DNA of 64,000 nt from Chrysomallon squamiferum. Taxonomy: Eukaryota > Animalia > Mollusca. The stretch's first letter is position 1; every line of letters begins with the position of its first letter. A model generated the notes under the pieces. That model was not told the DNA's origin. It searched no databases and worked only from the letters and a program-made list of their open reading frames with translations. A program made the translations under genes and the position numbers. The stretch spans positions 44,392,001 to 44,456,000 of the forward strand of contig CM022665.1 in the NCBI GenBank assembly GCA_012295275.1, in the 5' to 3' direction. Below are positions 39,379 to 53,680 of this stretch, piece after piece.

Positions 39379-40756
39379 AGAGAGAGAAATAATTCCCAAA
39401 AATATATTTAAATATATATTATAAATTATTATGTGTGTGTATCTGCTCAGATCTATAATCATAATAAAGTTTTTCGAGACAGAAATATTTTTCTTCTTTC
39501 TTAGTTGTTGTTATTTTTTATTATTATTTGGCGTGAAATAATTCGTTTTTCGCAGGGAAATAACAGATCATGTGGAAAAAAAATTTACTCAATTTACTGC
39601 AAAATTATCATAAATGCCGGGGTTGTTTTCTTTGTAATACTTTAAAGATGTATGTCTTGCCATTTGAAATAGTTGTTCACAAGTATTGATTTAACAAACA
39701 AATGAATCACAACTGTATATAATATATACATATATATTTTTTTGTTCTCATGTTTTTATTGATTCAAGTATTTACAAATTATTTTTAAAACCTATTTGAT
39801 CGGTACGAATTCATTGCGGCGTCATAGACTGTTAAACAATGTTTGATACGCTTGTCTGGTACCCTACATAATATGACATAGGATAGATAACAGTCTAGAT
39901 AGCGTCCTTGAGCTTGGGAATCGCAGCAGTTTCGTTTAACCAACTTTTCAAAAGTGTGAAGATCTTAAAATTCATTAGTTGATGTTATGTAAGAATCTGA
40001 TATATTAGATATTCTAGTTTTAATTTTTATAATTTGTACAATATACAAAGGACTGTTGTTAATGTTAACTGAAACTCAATAAATATTTTAAATTTATCAA
40101 TTATGTAGCCGCCATTTTGTTTTAGTTTCACTATCGTAGAGCTAGGAAATATTTTTATGTTTTTCATTGACCATGGTGCACTGGACTAAAATTTTAATTT
40201 AAACATTATTGTATGATATATTTTCAAAAGATCTATTGGGTCTAAACTGAACTTCTCTAACCAGCCACAAACTTTGCTGAAAATGTCGGTAGTCGCCAGT
40301 CGGTGCGTTGTTCTGATGTTGAAATTTCATGTTAAAAATAAAATGATTTCCCGGTTGAGAGATAATGATTACTTAGAAAGGCATTTACTATCAGTTTTCA
40401 AAATATATATATATAAAAACAGAAGATATCAATCAGATAAATTGGATTAATTTTACAAAACCTGATTTGACTTGAAAAATAGTAAAATGCTAATCTTTGT
40501 CGATTTAGATTCTTAAAAAATAAAAAACCGAATGATTTTGGTATTTTTCTTTATTTAATTAAAATATCATCTTAATCACAACTAGTACTTGTTACATCAT
40601 AAAATGTTATTTATTTATTTGTTTTAAAACCTGTGAATGATAACATTTTGTTGAAGGGAACCAAAGTATGTAGTAATATTGTATGTTTTCACTATTTAAG
40701 TTGAAGACATGGCAGTTTTAAATTTTTTAATTTTAATTTTTTTTTTTTTTTTTCAG
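39080..40756. promoter_or_regulatory. Divergent SOD2/WTAP promoter region with probable non-coding WTAP first exon(s)
   Basis: About 1.7 kb separates the start codons. The WTAP ATG exon has an acceptor at 40756, so an upstream exon is required, with a candidate donor GTAAGA at 39989. Perfect YY1/PHO motif GCCGCCATTTTG at 40108-40119. Confidence 0.6.
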
Positions 40757-40763
40757 AGAAAAC

Positions 40764-43700
40764 ATGTCAGACGGGCCTCCAACACCAAAGCGGGTAAGTA
40801 AATCTGAATACACTATATAAAATAGTTAAAATATTTTAATTAGCATTAATAAATAATTGTCTGTTTGAGTAGATGAACAGATACTTTTGAAACCATAAAT
40901 GGGCAGATCATTATTAAATACTGATTTTGATTGAAGATTATGAGACAGATCTTCACCTTTTAATCAAACAATTTGTGAAATCTATATATGGCATAAAAAT
41001 GAGACATTAAAAATGAAGTATAATGTCAGTATTATACGATTTTATAAAAAAATTAAAACCCTGTAGTTTGTGTATATATTTATTTGTTTTAAATTTCAAG
41101 AACCAGGAAATGATAGTTTGTGATTTTTATTTTCAGATTCGTCTTGACAGTGATGAAATATTAAATCTGACAAATGAGGAACTGCTCGAAAAGTAAGCTA
41201 TGAATTTTACAACTAAAACTTTCATTCACTGCTGATTAAAGATGTAATGCTAGTCTTCCTAAACCATTCCAGGATACACATCTAAAATGTCCTTGATGAA
41301 ATCTACATGTTTCTGTTACCAATTAAGCTAAGAATAAATATTCCCAGCTTTGTAGAATGTATTGGATTATCTCCCTTTAATACCAGGATATAAAAGATCA
41401 TTAGCTACTTTCAGTTTGCTATAATACTTGAATCAGATTTATTAAGCAGATGCTCCATTTGGTTTCTTCCGTTAGTATCATTGGGGAGAAAAAAAAAATC
41501 ACATTTTGTCTATGAAAAAAAAAGAATGTACCTGTATCTGATATTTATGATTTTTAAGGAAATGCATTTTGCGTATGATGTTTTTAACATTGCACCATAA
41601 AAGTTAAACATTAATTGTTGCTGTTCATAATAGGAAAGCATAAACTACAGCTATTATTGACACTGCTGCTGATTAAATGTTTTTCCTTGTTTTATCCCTT
41701 TGATTGAAGCCAGTGTAAAAGTAGTGTTTTCATTTTTATATTTTCAGATTTCAAGAACAGAATGAATATGTACGTTATTTAGAAAGCAAAAAATCTGCAT
41801 CAGCATTAACAGGTCAGTTATTAAATAGCTTTATTTGTGTGTGTGAGAGAGAGAGAGAGTGTGTGTGTGCACTGAAGATGGTGTTTTTTTTTTTAAGATA
41901 AGATAACTTGTTGTGTAGAATATTTAAACAAATAATTTAAGGTATTTAAGAAAATATTATAGTATGAACTGAGAGATGAGAAGGTATAAACCTTTTTGTT
42001 TTTATTTTTATTTTTTTATAACTATGTAGATCATTTACTATCAGTCTGTTAAATGTAAGTTACACATTAGTTTTTGTTGTTTGAATAATATAAAATATCT
42101 TAAAATTAAAACTGAGAAAATGATTTATTTATATCTTGTGTTATTATAAATAAATAAATAAATAAATACTACCATCTTCACCACCCTCCAGAATGAGTAC
42201 TATTATTTTGTTACTAATGACAGATACATAATTTTGTCATTGTTCAGGAGATGATGATGACGGGCAGGAATCTGAAGGAAAACTTCGACAACATAATATG
42301 GAGGGAAGACGAGAAAACACACTTGTTCTTCGCCTTGCCAATAAAGAACAAGAACTTCAAGATTGCCTGGTATGTTAATATTACTGTTTCACACCTTATT
42401 AATATGGTAAAGTTCTTGTGCATGTAAGATAACAAATAACTTTTAAGGCTTAAATACAATTCCTAGATACTTCTTCTCTCTTTTGTTTTTGTTATCCAGA
42501 ATGTACTGGACATGACTGTATTTCATCTTAATGTTGTCGTTTTCTCTGCTTGCATCAGTGATAAGCACAGTTATATTTTTGTTTCTAAAAAAAATCCTTC
42601 TGAATATTTAATCTAAATATTTTATTGAAAAGTTACAACCTGTATTTATTTGTTGCTTCATAGTTACTGTTCTTTGTCACAGACAAGTGCAGTTAATAAC
42701 CACCAAATAGTGAAAGCTGATGTAAAATGATTTTTGTCAAAGCACACCCATGAACAGTCAGTTTGAACACTGGCTTATCATCAGTTTGATGAAATACATT
42801 CAGTATTGTCAGCCTTGTTTTTATTGTATCTCTTATAAAACTAATCACCTTATGACTGGTATTGAATTGAAAACAGGACAGTAACAATGCCGACAGAGTG
42901 ATTTCAAATTCCAGTGGTATTTTTGTTTTGTTCTGAGCTGTTAAACTAAGACATTTGCTAACACAGTTTCATTATCATTTTGGCTCATATTCCTAATACA
43001 TTTTTTTAAAATTCCCATCAAGAAAATGAGAATATGTTATTTGATGATAATGCTATAAGATATGAATCTTAAAAGCTATTCTCAGTCTGTGAAATGAGAA
43101 TAGCTGTGTTTAATGCCAAGCAAAGATTTAAAGAAAAAGTCTCTTGCTCATTCATATTTTATTTCTAAACATTTAAATCATTTACACAAAAGAAGCACAA
43201 GAATTTTATCAAATCATGTTTTTTATTAAACATAATATTTATACGCAAGAAAATAATATCAATTCAGTGCTTTTTCATTTTTTTATGCGTTTATTCATAC
43301 ATGCTTAACAAATTCTTTATAAAAACATCATTCCTTTTGATCATCATTTTTAATATATATATTTCAAGAACAGACAACTTTTGACACTCTAGTCTTACAA
43401 CATTAATGGTTAATATTTAACTAATTTAAACAAGGGTTTTCATCTTCTTCTACCAAACAAATCAGTATACATATTTTTATTTTTTATTTTTTATTTTTTA
43501 TTTTTTTTGTACTAACATTAAACGTGGTGTTAACATTTTCAGAACCAGATAGCCGAGATGAAGCAAGCCCACTCGCAGAACACCGCCCAGCTTCGCACCA
43601 TGATGCTGGATCCCGCGCTTAACATCATTTTCCAGAGAATGTCCAAGGAAGTGGACGATAGCAAGGACAAACTGAAGCAAACTCAAAATGAACTGAGCGC

Positions 43701-46700
43701 ATGGAAGTTCACACCAGACAGGTGTATATCCTACTCCGGTAACATTTATAGACAAGCCGGAAATATCCGGGTGACTTGAAAACAATTTTAAGACTCGATA
43801 CAAAACAAACTTGGAAAAGACTCACAAAAAAAAAAAAAAAAAAAAATTCCCACACAAATGCTTAAGACTTTTTTTCGGCAGGTGTCGTCCATAAACATAA
43901 GACTGTCCACTGACTGGTCACCTGGCTCAAGAAGTCTGGTCATCTGCCTCTTTTCTCTGCTAGAACCGTCGGCAAAAAAAACCCGCAGTCACTTTTGCTG
44001 TGTCAAGTGGAAAAAAACAAAACAAAAACTGACCTCCCAAGTTTTCCTCTCCCCTTCACAGAACACAAACTTCCTGGTTTCCCATTGGCTTCTTTTTTAT
44101 TATTATTATTATTATTATTATTTTTTTTTTTACACCTATTCATATATCAAGCGCAACTAACTTTTTGAACAGTTTTTATTAGTATTTATTTCTTTGCAGT
44201 GCCCGTATAGACAGATATTGACTATAACTGCATATTGTTTGCTTAACATGCTTTTTGCAGGTCAGACAAACAGTATGCCTAGTGCCAGAATATTTCTGAT
44301 CACTGACTTTTTCTTAGCTGTGGAAAAATCAATAACATTTTTTCATTAATATAATTTTTTTATTTTTATTTTTTCAATTTGTTTCCCCTATTTGTCTAAA
44401 TTACCTTTGATTAAGTAAGCTATGGGAACAGTGATAACAATTAAGACTTGTCAGGGGTTTGTTTTAACGAAAAACAATCGAGAAAGTATTTTTACACTTC
44501 CACAAGAACACCCTACATAGGCGAGTATTTGGATTCTTGCAGAGAAACTATGTGAGATAATTTAGGGGTTGTTAAGAACTTGAACACACTGAGCCATGCT
44601 GGCCAGAAAGCTAAGTTACAGGTATGGAGAAATGATGAAGGTGGAGAAGAGGAAGCAGGTGTGTGGTTCGTTTTTCAAGTTTTGACTAATAGTTATCTTG
44701 TTATTGCAGGAGAACGTAGTTTTATATATCGCCAGCACCTAGTAGTAGGAAAAGAGAGAGAGAGAGAGAGAGAGAAAGAAATTAAACCTTGCTTCCGTCT
44801 TGCTCTTTAGATTATGTTAATTTCTTCCAGTAAAGAACCAATAAAAAACAACAACATCAAAATAAATAAATAAATCAAAAATTAAAATAAAATAAAATAA
44901 AATAAAATTAAATAAAACCAAAAATTAATTAATTAAAAAAAAAAAAAGCAAGAAAGTAAGATTAATAAGTAAAGGAATGGGTAAATAAATAAATAAATAA
45001 AAAAATTTGTAGTGGAATTTTATTTATGCATGTGTCGCCTGTTTAAATGTTGTTGCAGCTGTTCTTATTTTACTGTTCATTTTATCTAATGCATACGTAG
45101 TTCAACAGGACTTGATAATGATTAAAGGTGGTCTGTGTTTCAATTTATCTTAAATAATATAATTACATATTTGTTTTAAAAACCTGTAGATTTTCTCTCT
45201 TTTTTTTTTTTTTTGTGGTGGTTAAATTGAACGATTGGAAAAGAATATTATAAATGTTAAAAATGAATTAAAAAACAACAACAAGAAACTAACAGAAAAA
45301 AGCTATAATTGAAAAATACCTGGAATAATTGAAACGTGTTTTAAAAACTATAACACATTAAAAGATTAATACTGTAATAAAATGTGGAAACAGACTTCCT
45401 TTGACACCTACTTAAAAAGGTTATTTCACAGGTATTATGTGTATATATACCTATCTATAATATATATATATATATATATATATTATTTTGCATGTTTTTG
45501 TGTATGAATCGGGTGTTGGTTTCTGTTCTCAGCTTATGATAAAAAATGAAATTTCTTGTGGTTTTAGTTTCTGGTATGTGACTATTTACAAAATACCAGT
45601 CTTTTAAACTCACTCGATTTTTATGAATGCTTCCAGGGATCCATGTAATTAAAATACCCTATAAAAAAAAAAAAAAAAAATTTTTAAAAAAAGAAAGTGA
45701 TGATAATGTTGAATAGAGCTTAAAAAAAAAAAAAAAAATAATAATAATAATAATAATAAACAAGACAATCAAATATGCTTTTTGTCTAATACAACAACAA
45801 ACAATTATCTGGGCAATGAATTTAGAGTAATAATGATAGTGAAAATAGTACATGTTAATCAATAAATAATATTTGACAATGTTAAGTTAAAATTAAAAAA
45901 AAAAGAAACATGGTAATACAGATCCGTGAATTTAATTGTAAAACCAATAACAGATATCCATTGTTGCAGTGTGTTAATTATAATATTGATAATATAAATG
46001 GTACCTGTTTGTAAATAGCACAGATGATGGTAATTAATAGATCAGTTAATAATTAAGTCTGAATTAAAGAATAATACTATAAAGTTAATTCAGGAATTTG
46101 CTTTGAAAATAAATATCAAGTAGGTTATCTTAGCCATATGATAATAACAAAGTACCTCGCTACTCAATGAGATTAATTCTGATGTTCCTGTTCTTGCATG
46201 CATCTGTATAAAAGTTTCTTCGATCTGGTATTTCACTGATTTCATAAGCATGCTACTGGCTTAAATGAATTTACTGTTCATTTGAACTAATTTCGGTAGA
46301 CTGATCTGTATTTTGAATCAGTTAAGATTGACACGTTAAATGTGGTTAATAAGTATGATTCTTTATTATTTTTTAAATGTTACTGTGTCTGTCTGTTGTT
46401 AGTGGTGTTTTTATTGTTTTTCTTTTACGTCTCAGTGCTGTTAAACACTTTTTTGTTCTCTCTTTGTTGCATGACGATACAATTTCATGTTAGGCACAAA
46501 TGTTGATTATCAGTTGTAGACGTTCTTGCTCATTTCTGGATAAAAACATTTGGGAAATTGCAAAAATATAGATCTCAATTTGATAAATATTAATATATTT
46601 TTGTTTCTTTTTGTTCCATTTTAAAATAATAATACTAATAATTGAAATTAAAAAAGGAAAAAAAAAGACTGAAACAATAAAACCACCTTTTAAAGTGCAT

Positions 46701-46845
46701 GTGTTTTTAAACTGCATGGTCAGTTTACGTGGCTGTCATTTTTCCAAGTTTGATTTGGAGATTATTTTATATTATAATGATCTAACATACATACTTTGAT
46801 TACATTTGCAAATTTTTAAAGATGTTTGCTGCTCATATTTTGTTT

Positions 46846-46881
<36 letters not shown>

Positions 46882-49800
46882 CCTCATATTTTAAACATTT
46901 TACTAATACATTCTAAAAGAAATGCTTTTGGAACAGCCATTAAATAAAAATATTGGTTGGTTTGTTATTGTAGTGTCATTTTTCTGATATAGGTTATTAA
47001 ATATTCAACTGTTATAATTATTAAAACATACTTTTTAATCTAAAATGATTTAAATTTAAAGTGCGGTTTACTTTGAAACCTGTAAGACCAGTAGCATATT
47101 TGTTCAGTATTCATATATAACTGGGATAAATTATTAATGTTAAAAAATTTTTTAGATATATAATTTAGCTTATAAATACATCAGCAAATGTTAACATTAA
47201 AATGAACATTCTAGAAATCTTCCTATCTTGTGTAATGAAAATTTTTTTTCCTATATTATCATTTACAAAGTGCACAAGTGACTATAATTTGTGTAATTAA
47301 ATTTTAAATTTTACATATTTTACTGTAAAATGGCACTGATAAATCGATAAATCTTTAGGCAAAATGTATTACCACTAAAACACGATATTAATATTTTATG
47401 GCACTGGTATATGTTTATAATTTGACAATTAAAACTGATTACAGTACATTATGACAGTGATATTTTGATAAATGTATGTGTTGCTTTATAAACCTCATTA
47501 ATGATACATAATGCTTTGATTTAATTGCACCTGGATTATTAACAGCAAATTATATATATGTATATATTCTAAAACTTCATTAATTTTATAATTCTTATTT
47601 CTTTATAGACACCATACATACATGGCTAGACATTTGTTTCATTTTCATGACTGCAGAATATATTTAAATGGCATTTAATGTTGTTGTGTTTTTTTGTGGT
47701 TTTTTTATAATTATAAAAAAAAAATAATTTCACTAAATATTTAGAAATAATATTCTGTAATGAAATGTGGAAATAAACAATAATTATTAATAATACTGCC
47801 ACATCACATTAAAAAAAACCTGAATGCAGTTGAAATAAGCTAAGTAAAAAATGATTTAAAATTTTGTTTTAGAAGAGAACTGGTCAGGAATTTAATTTGC
47901 ATAATGGGTTTTAAAAAGATTGTATGTAAATTAATATTAGGATGATGTACAAGTTACTAACATTTTTTTAAGCACAATTTTTTTTTATAAATAAGTATCA
48001 TAAATTCTTAATATGTTTCTTAAGAACAAATAGGGCATGTTTTGATTATGGTTTATGGACAGATATGGAAAAAAACAACAAAAGTTTTTGGATAATTTCA
48101 AAAATGTGAGCCAAAGTTAATTTTTAAACTGACTTCTTGCTTTGTTTTAATAATTGCAAGTGTATGTAACAATTACGGTTCTTGGATTTGCACTGGTGAA
48201 ATTAGGGATAATTTCATGACACACTATGCATAATAAATGCACAGGTCATTACTAATATTTTAATTTTAATTTTTTATTTATTTTTTTTTCATAACCATTA
48301 GATCTTAAAATCAGTGACTGGTTCTCTTTACAAACTGCTATTTCATAAAACAGAAAGTGCATGTTTTGGTTTTGGTTTATGCACTGGTGATAACAAGAAG
48401 AACTAAAATTTCATTATTTTATAAATGGGTGTATTTGATAACATTTTCTTGTTGTTAAATCGAATCTCAACTGGAGCAGATAACTCTGAAACTTCTCCAG
48501 TGACATGAGACAATGGTAGTAGTCGATGACTTGTTCCAGGTGGAGAAATCTTTTTTTATTATTTTTTTTTTTTTTCCCCACATTCTAAGACTGGTTAATG
48601 TGATGCTTAAGATTCTCGTACTTTTCAGCCAAACAGGCAAGAGGTTGATGGCCAAGTGCCGGATGCTACTGCAGGAGAATGAGGAGCTGGGCAAGATGAT
48701 AGCTTCGGGGAGAACAGCCACGCTGGAAGGAGAAATAGCCCTGCAGAAAACACTCGTGCAAGAGATGAAGAAAAACCAGCGAGGTAGGGACAGTTCAGAA
48801 TATCGTCGTCTTCACCTTGTTTAGTTTATTTTTTAATTAATTTTATTTTTATTTTATTTTTGTGTTATTCTTGTGGTGTTTAGTGTTGTTTGTATCCATT
48901 TAAAAAAACAATTTTTTTTTTATATTTTTCTGTGTTGTTATATAAGTGCTTAACATTATTTTATCTTTTAGTTTATTTTTTTGTTTATGTGCATTTTGGT
49001 TATGGCAAACTGAAGTTGATATTTGTTGTGTGTCTAGCAGAATTTTTAATTTTATTTATATTTTATATATTCAGTTTTTTAAAATCAATTTAATTTGTTT
49101 TTCGTTTTGATATATTTAATCATGTATTCAGTATTCTTTCTGTTTTTTTTAAAAACGTTCATATAATAGTCACCACCTGATAAATTGTGTTAGTGTCATC
49201 AACTACTAAAAGAACTTTAGATTATCTCCCTTTACAGATGTATAAATTACTCTTCATATCATTGCTGGAGGTTGAGGGAATTGTGTGAATTTTATTAAAT
49301 ACTTTTAATGACAGCTATATTTGTTATAGAAAGCAGTGATAATATATCCTGTACATTAAACCATTAAACAGCAAAAATATCCTATTCAGTAATAGGTTAA
49401 CTGATAATACTGATAGTATCATTCAAGTTGAAAACTGGACAAATGTTAGGTATACAAAGCCCTGTTAACCAATGCATGTTGACAGCAGTTTAACTTTTTA
49501 AATTAGCTGTTAAAATTGCAAGTTTTAAAACTTGAAAAAGAACAAAAACAGTGAAATCAGTGTTTATAGAAGTAATTCAGAACTAAAAAAAAAGAAAGAC
49601 AAAATTATACACAGGACTTGTAGTTGATTGCTTATCAGGCTTGTAGCTCGTGTTTTAATAGCAGGTTTCATTTTACAGAGCTGGATGAGTTTGTCAGTGA
49701 ACTGGAGGAAGATGCAGAGGGGATGCAGTGTATGATCTACCTCCTGCAGCAGCAGCTTAAAGACACCAAGGAACAGCTAGCTAAGGTTCAGGCAGAAAAC

Positions 49801-50892
49801 GAGAAGTTGCTGATGAACAGAAACATTTCGTCAGACAACGATCCTGGTGGGAGCGAACGAGAGGTGTCGAGGGAGAACAGCCAGGATCGGTGTAAACCGC
49901 CGACTTCAGAGCACAGTGACAAAGAGAATGTTTTATCAGTGAGTAGCAAGCAGCACTCGGAGGCCGAGACCGAACGTGACACTAGTGCCGATTTGAGTGA
50001 CGTGCCTCCGGAGAGTGCACCAGACAGCGAGCCAATGCAGGTGGATCAAGCAGACGCACCTGCGCCTGCGCCTGCACCTCAGTCAGACATTCACACCGCA
50101 GACAGCACCAGCTGTCTGGACTCGACATTGGCTTCGGCCAAACGCCCGAGTCCCAAGAATTCCAGAACGTTGGCTTCAGACACCAGCAGCGACGTTTGTG
50201 ACACGAGTCCGCAGACTTGCAAACAAGACAGAGACAGTTTCAGTCCCCACACACCACCACCATCGTCATCATCGTCACCACCACCACCACCACCACCACC
50301 ACAGCCACAGCCACCGCAACATGACACAGACAATGGCGTAAAAAGCAGGACTAACGACGTGCTGATTCTTCAGCCAGGTGGGATCAAAGACAATGGAAAC
50401 CGCAGTCCGAACTGTTGGGAAGTTCTGAGTTCGAAGGAGAACCTGAGACGATCGCTTCGCGAAGACAGCCGCAGTCCAAAGAGTGTGACCAATGACTTGC
50501 GAAGCAGGAGTCCGGAAAAGCAGGAAGCCATGGATTTGAGTAACTTTGGCAAGCCAGCTTCCGAAGACTCTTCTGCCCCCACTGTTAGGAACTCTATAAG
50601 ACAGAGGAGTCCTAGTATTTTGGACAGGATATGGAGTCCGAAGCGTTCGGCGAAAGACGACAATAGCATGAGTCCTCAAAGTAGAACTAAAGATTCTGGT
50701 GATAGCAACAGTCCAGCCAATGCCAAAGGTGACCAGGACCGGATTGTTAGTAGTGTGGAAGACAGTAACAGCAGGACAGACAACAGCAAACCAGTCACAG
50801 AGAGAATGATTGCTCACACAGACGCAGGTAAAACCATACTTAACGGTGTCGAGCCATTGACTCAGTCTAAAAATCAGGTTGAACAGAAGTGA
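40764..50892 (+). CDS. WTAP: WTAP / female-lethal(2)d, regulatory subunit of the m6A methyltransferase complex, 606 aa, 7 coding exons
   Basis: Exons 40764-40793, 41137-41192, 41748-41812, 42248-42369, 43543-43721, 48629-48783 and 49679-50892 total 1821 nt. Motifs: RRENTLVLRLANKEQE, LLDP-like MLDPALN, QNELSAWKFTPDSQTGKRLMAKCR, ELDEFVSELEEDAEGMQ. Confidence 0.96.
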
Positions 50893-53646
50893 TCTTTTTT
50901 TTTTTTTATTTTTTTTTTTTTTTTTTTTTTTAAATACATACGTATATATGTATATACATGTTCCATTTTGTTTGTTTTAACTTGTACATGTTGTAAGACT
51001 GAATGGAACTAACAGACCTTCATTTACTTTCTTATAAAGAATCTTAATTTTGTTAACAAAGTCGGATGAGATTAATGATTTTAATAATTGTGTGAAAACT
51101 GTGTTGCTTTCAGTATGGTAAGTATAACGGTTGAAAGAAAAAAAGAAATTTGTCTTACATTAAAAGATGTTTTAATGAACGAGTGCAAAAGTAAAATTTT
51201 TAATATTGTGATTTGAAAAAAATGAATACATTTCTGAAAAGAATTAATTTGCAGTCAGTTCAGTAATTGTAATTTTGTACATGATATATTTTTTTTTTTT
51301 TTACTGGTATTACTATTATGATTTTTAGTTCATTCCTTTTATTTTTTTTTTTTTTATTAATATTATTAATATCATTATTTATACATAAGGGTGAATCTTG
51401 ATATATTTTTATAATTATCTATTAGCAAAAATAAATTTAATTACATTTTTGTGTTGTTTTAAAGGACTTGAAAATTTGAGGATGTTAAATCAGATAACAT
51501 TTTAACTACTGGAATGAATTTGCATATGAAATGGTTAACAAAAATGGTTGTTTTAGTAAAATGAAATATGTTTTCAAGTATATTTATTCATCATTTCCTT
51601 TCATTGCCCAGTGAAATTGGTTTCAAATACATTTCCAGTTAGAGAGGAAGCTGTAAGATACAGGAAAGTTTTAGAAATAAAACTTTAATTACAGTCAGGA
51701 GGCCATATCAGTTCAGTACTATTACCAAAAGTTAATTAAAAAAAAAAAAAAAACATTAATTCATTTTATTTAACATTTTTATTTTTATTACTTCTTTTTT
51801 TTTCTCAATTAAATAATATTAACAGAGTTTACTAGCAAGTGTTAAATTCGTGTAATTTAAAAAAAAAAATTGTTTGTTTTAATATCTTTTTAAAAATTAT
51901 TCATGTGTTTTCATGTCAACTATTCCAGACATAATAACAAATAGACAAGCCTATGTTCATCAAACACCTCTTACTGTTACAACTGGCAGCCTTTCTTTTT
52001 TTTGTAAGTTCTTAATTTCATCTTGCGTGGTTCATAATGATAGTGCTGGAAACAACCAGGGTATGGATAAAAACCAAAAAACAAAATTTAAATAAAAAAA
52101 CAAATAAAATAGAGATCATTATAAACACATGCGATTAAAAATCTGTTTTTCCGTCCAACAGTTATAAAGATCAGTTGGTAATTTTCACAGACCACAACAT
52201 TACAACATTCACAGGTTGCTAGGTGTTTTTTTTTTTGTTTTTTTTTTAAATAAAATAATGTGCTTTTAAATTGTTTTAATGAGCTTTTCAATCATTCAAG
52301 CTACTGAGCTTTGGGTAAATTACTTCACTGTATACAACTTGTGAAGCAGTCTACTTAATTTGGTTCAGATCAATTGCTTTAGGATGAACACATGACTTCT
52401 GATTCAGTTAGTTAAACTGCTGCATGAATAGAAATATAAAAAATGTAAAAAAAAAAAAAAAGATTCTTTTTTCTTTTTTTTTTTTTCATTTTAAATTAAC
52501 AAAAAATTAAAAATTAATTTTTAGGTAAATGTTTTTATTGTTGATATCATTACGCGTAACATTCATTTGGACCAGCTTGTGTGTGCAGTATTTTAAATAT
52601 TTCCGTCTGTGTAATACTTTTTATATCATCATACATCATTCATTTATATTGCTGTTAGACACTACAAAGAATATAATAATTACAAATTTAAAAAAAAAAT
52701 AATTCAGAGTAGCTGTTTCATAACTTTATTATTTTTGTAAAACATTTGGCTATAATTCAGTCAGTTCTGTAATATTTAAAGATGTGATTTTTTATTTTTT
52801 GTTTTTTTAATGTTCATGTGCTACAACATCAGACTAGTATTAGGTTTACATTTTAGTAAATTAGAAGTCTCATTTCTTTTTCTTTTTTATATTATATTAC
52901 TTGTTTAAATTGGGTTTTGTTTTGTTGTTTTCTTTAGAAATAGCAGGACTTTGTTAAGCTGAAATGAATTAAGGCTGATTGCTTTTATAAATAAACAGCT
53001 TAAAGATTATGAAATGTAGAAGTTTTATTTGAATGCAATATTGATTTAAAATATTTTTCTTTTATTTATTTAAGTAGGAAGTTTGTTGGAGTTTATTTTG
53101 GGGGGGGGTTTTGTGGGGGGATGGATTATTTTTATTTTTATTAGCATAACTGACAAATACAACCTAATCTGCAATGAAGATAACTTTTCAATTAGTTACT
53201 TATTTGCAGTTTTACTGAAATTAATCCCTGTAAGAGAGAGAACAATCATGGCCAAAGTAAATGAACAACCAACATTCCTATTACTTTACAAGCCTCCATA
53301 CCAACAATTAATACCTCTGGGATCTTATTTCAGCTTGTCTAGTACTAATCTTGTACGATCGTCACCTAAATAAATGTGTGAACTGAGCTATTGTTCTGAA
53401 TACATATCCAAGAAGTAAACAGGTTTCTTTGACTGCCATAACGCAGTCTGCAGATTTAATTTTGTATGTTGAGTCTTTTTGAAATAAGTGTTAAATTATT
53501 TGTGTGCATCATCTTGTACTCTGAAACATGTTACTGATAAAGACTTGTACTTTGATAATTTGCTTTGTCATTCAGATTAATCAGCATTGATAATTTATAA
53601 ATACCACAAATAGTTTTTCTCTTTTTATTTCCAAAGAAATATGTAA

Positions 53647-53680
<34 letters not shown>

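Noticed and set aside
49624-49678. N-terminus of the 422-aa ORF as a standalone gene
   Set aside because: It is intronic sequence upstream of the ttttacag acceptor at 49678. The ORF is the last WTAP exon.
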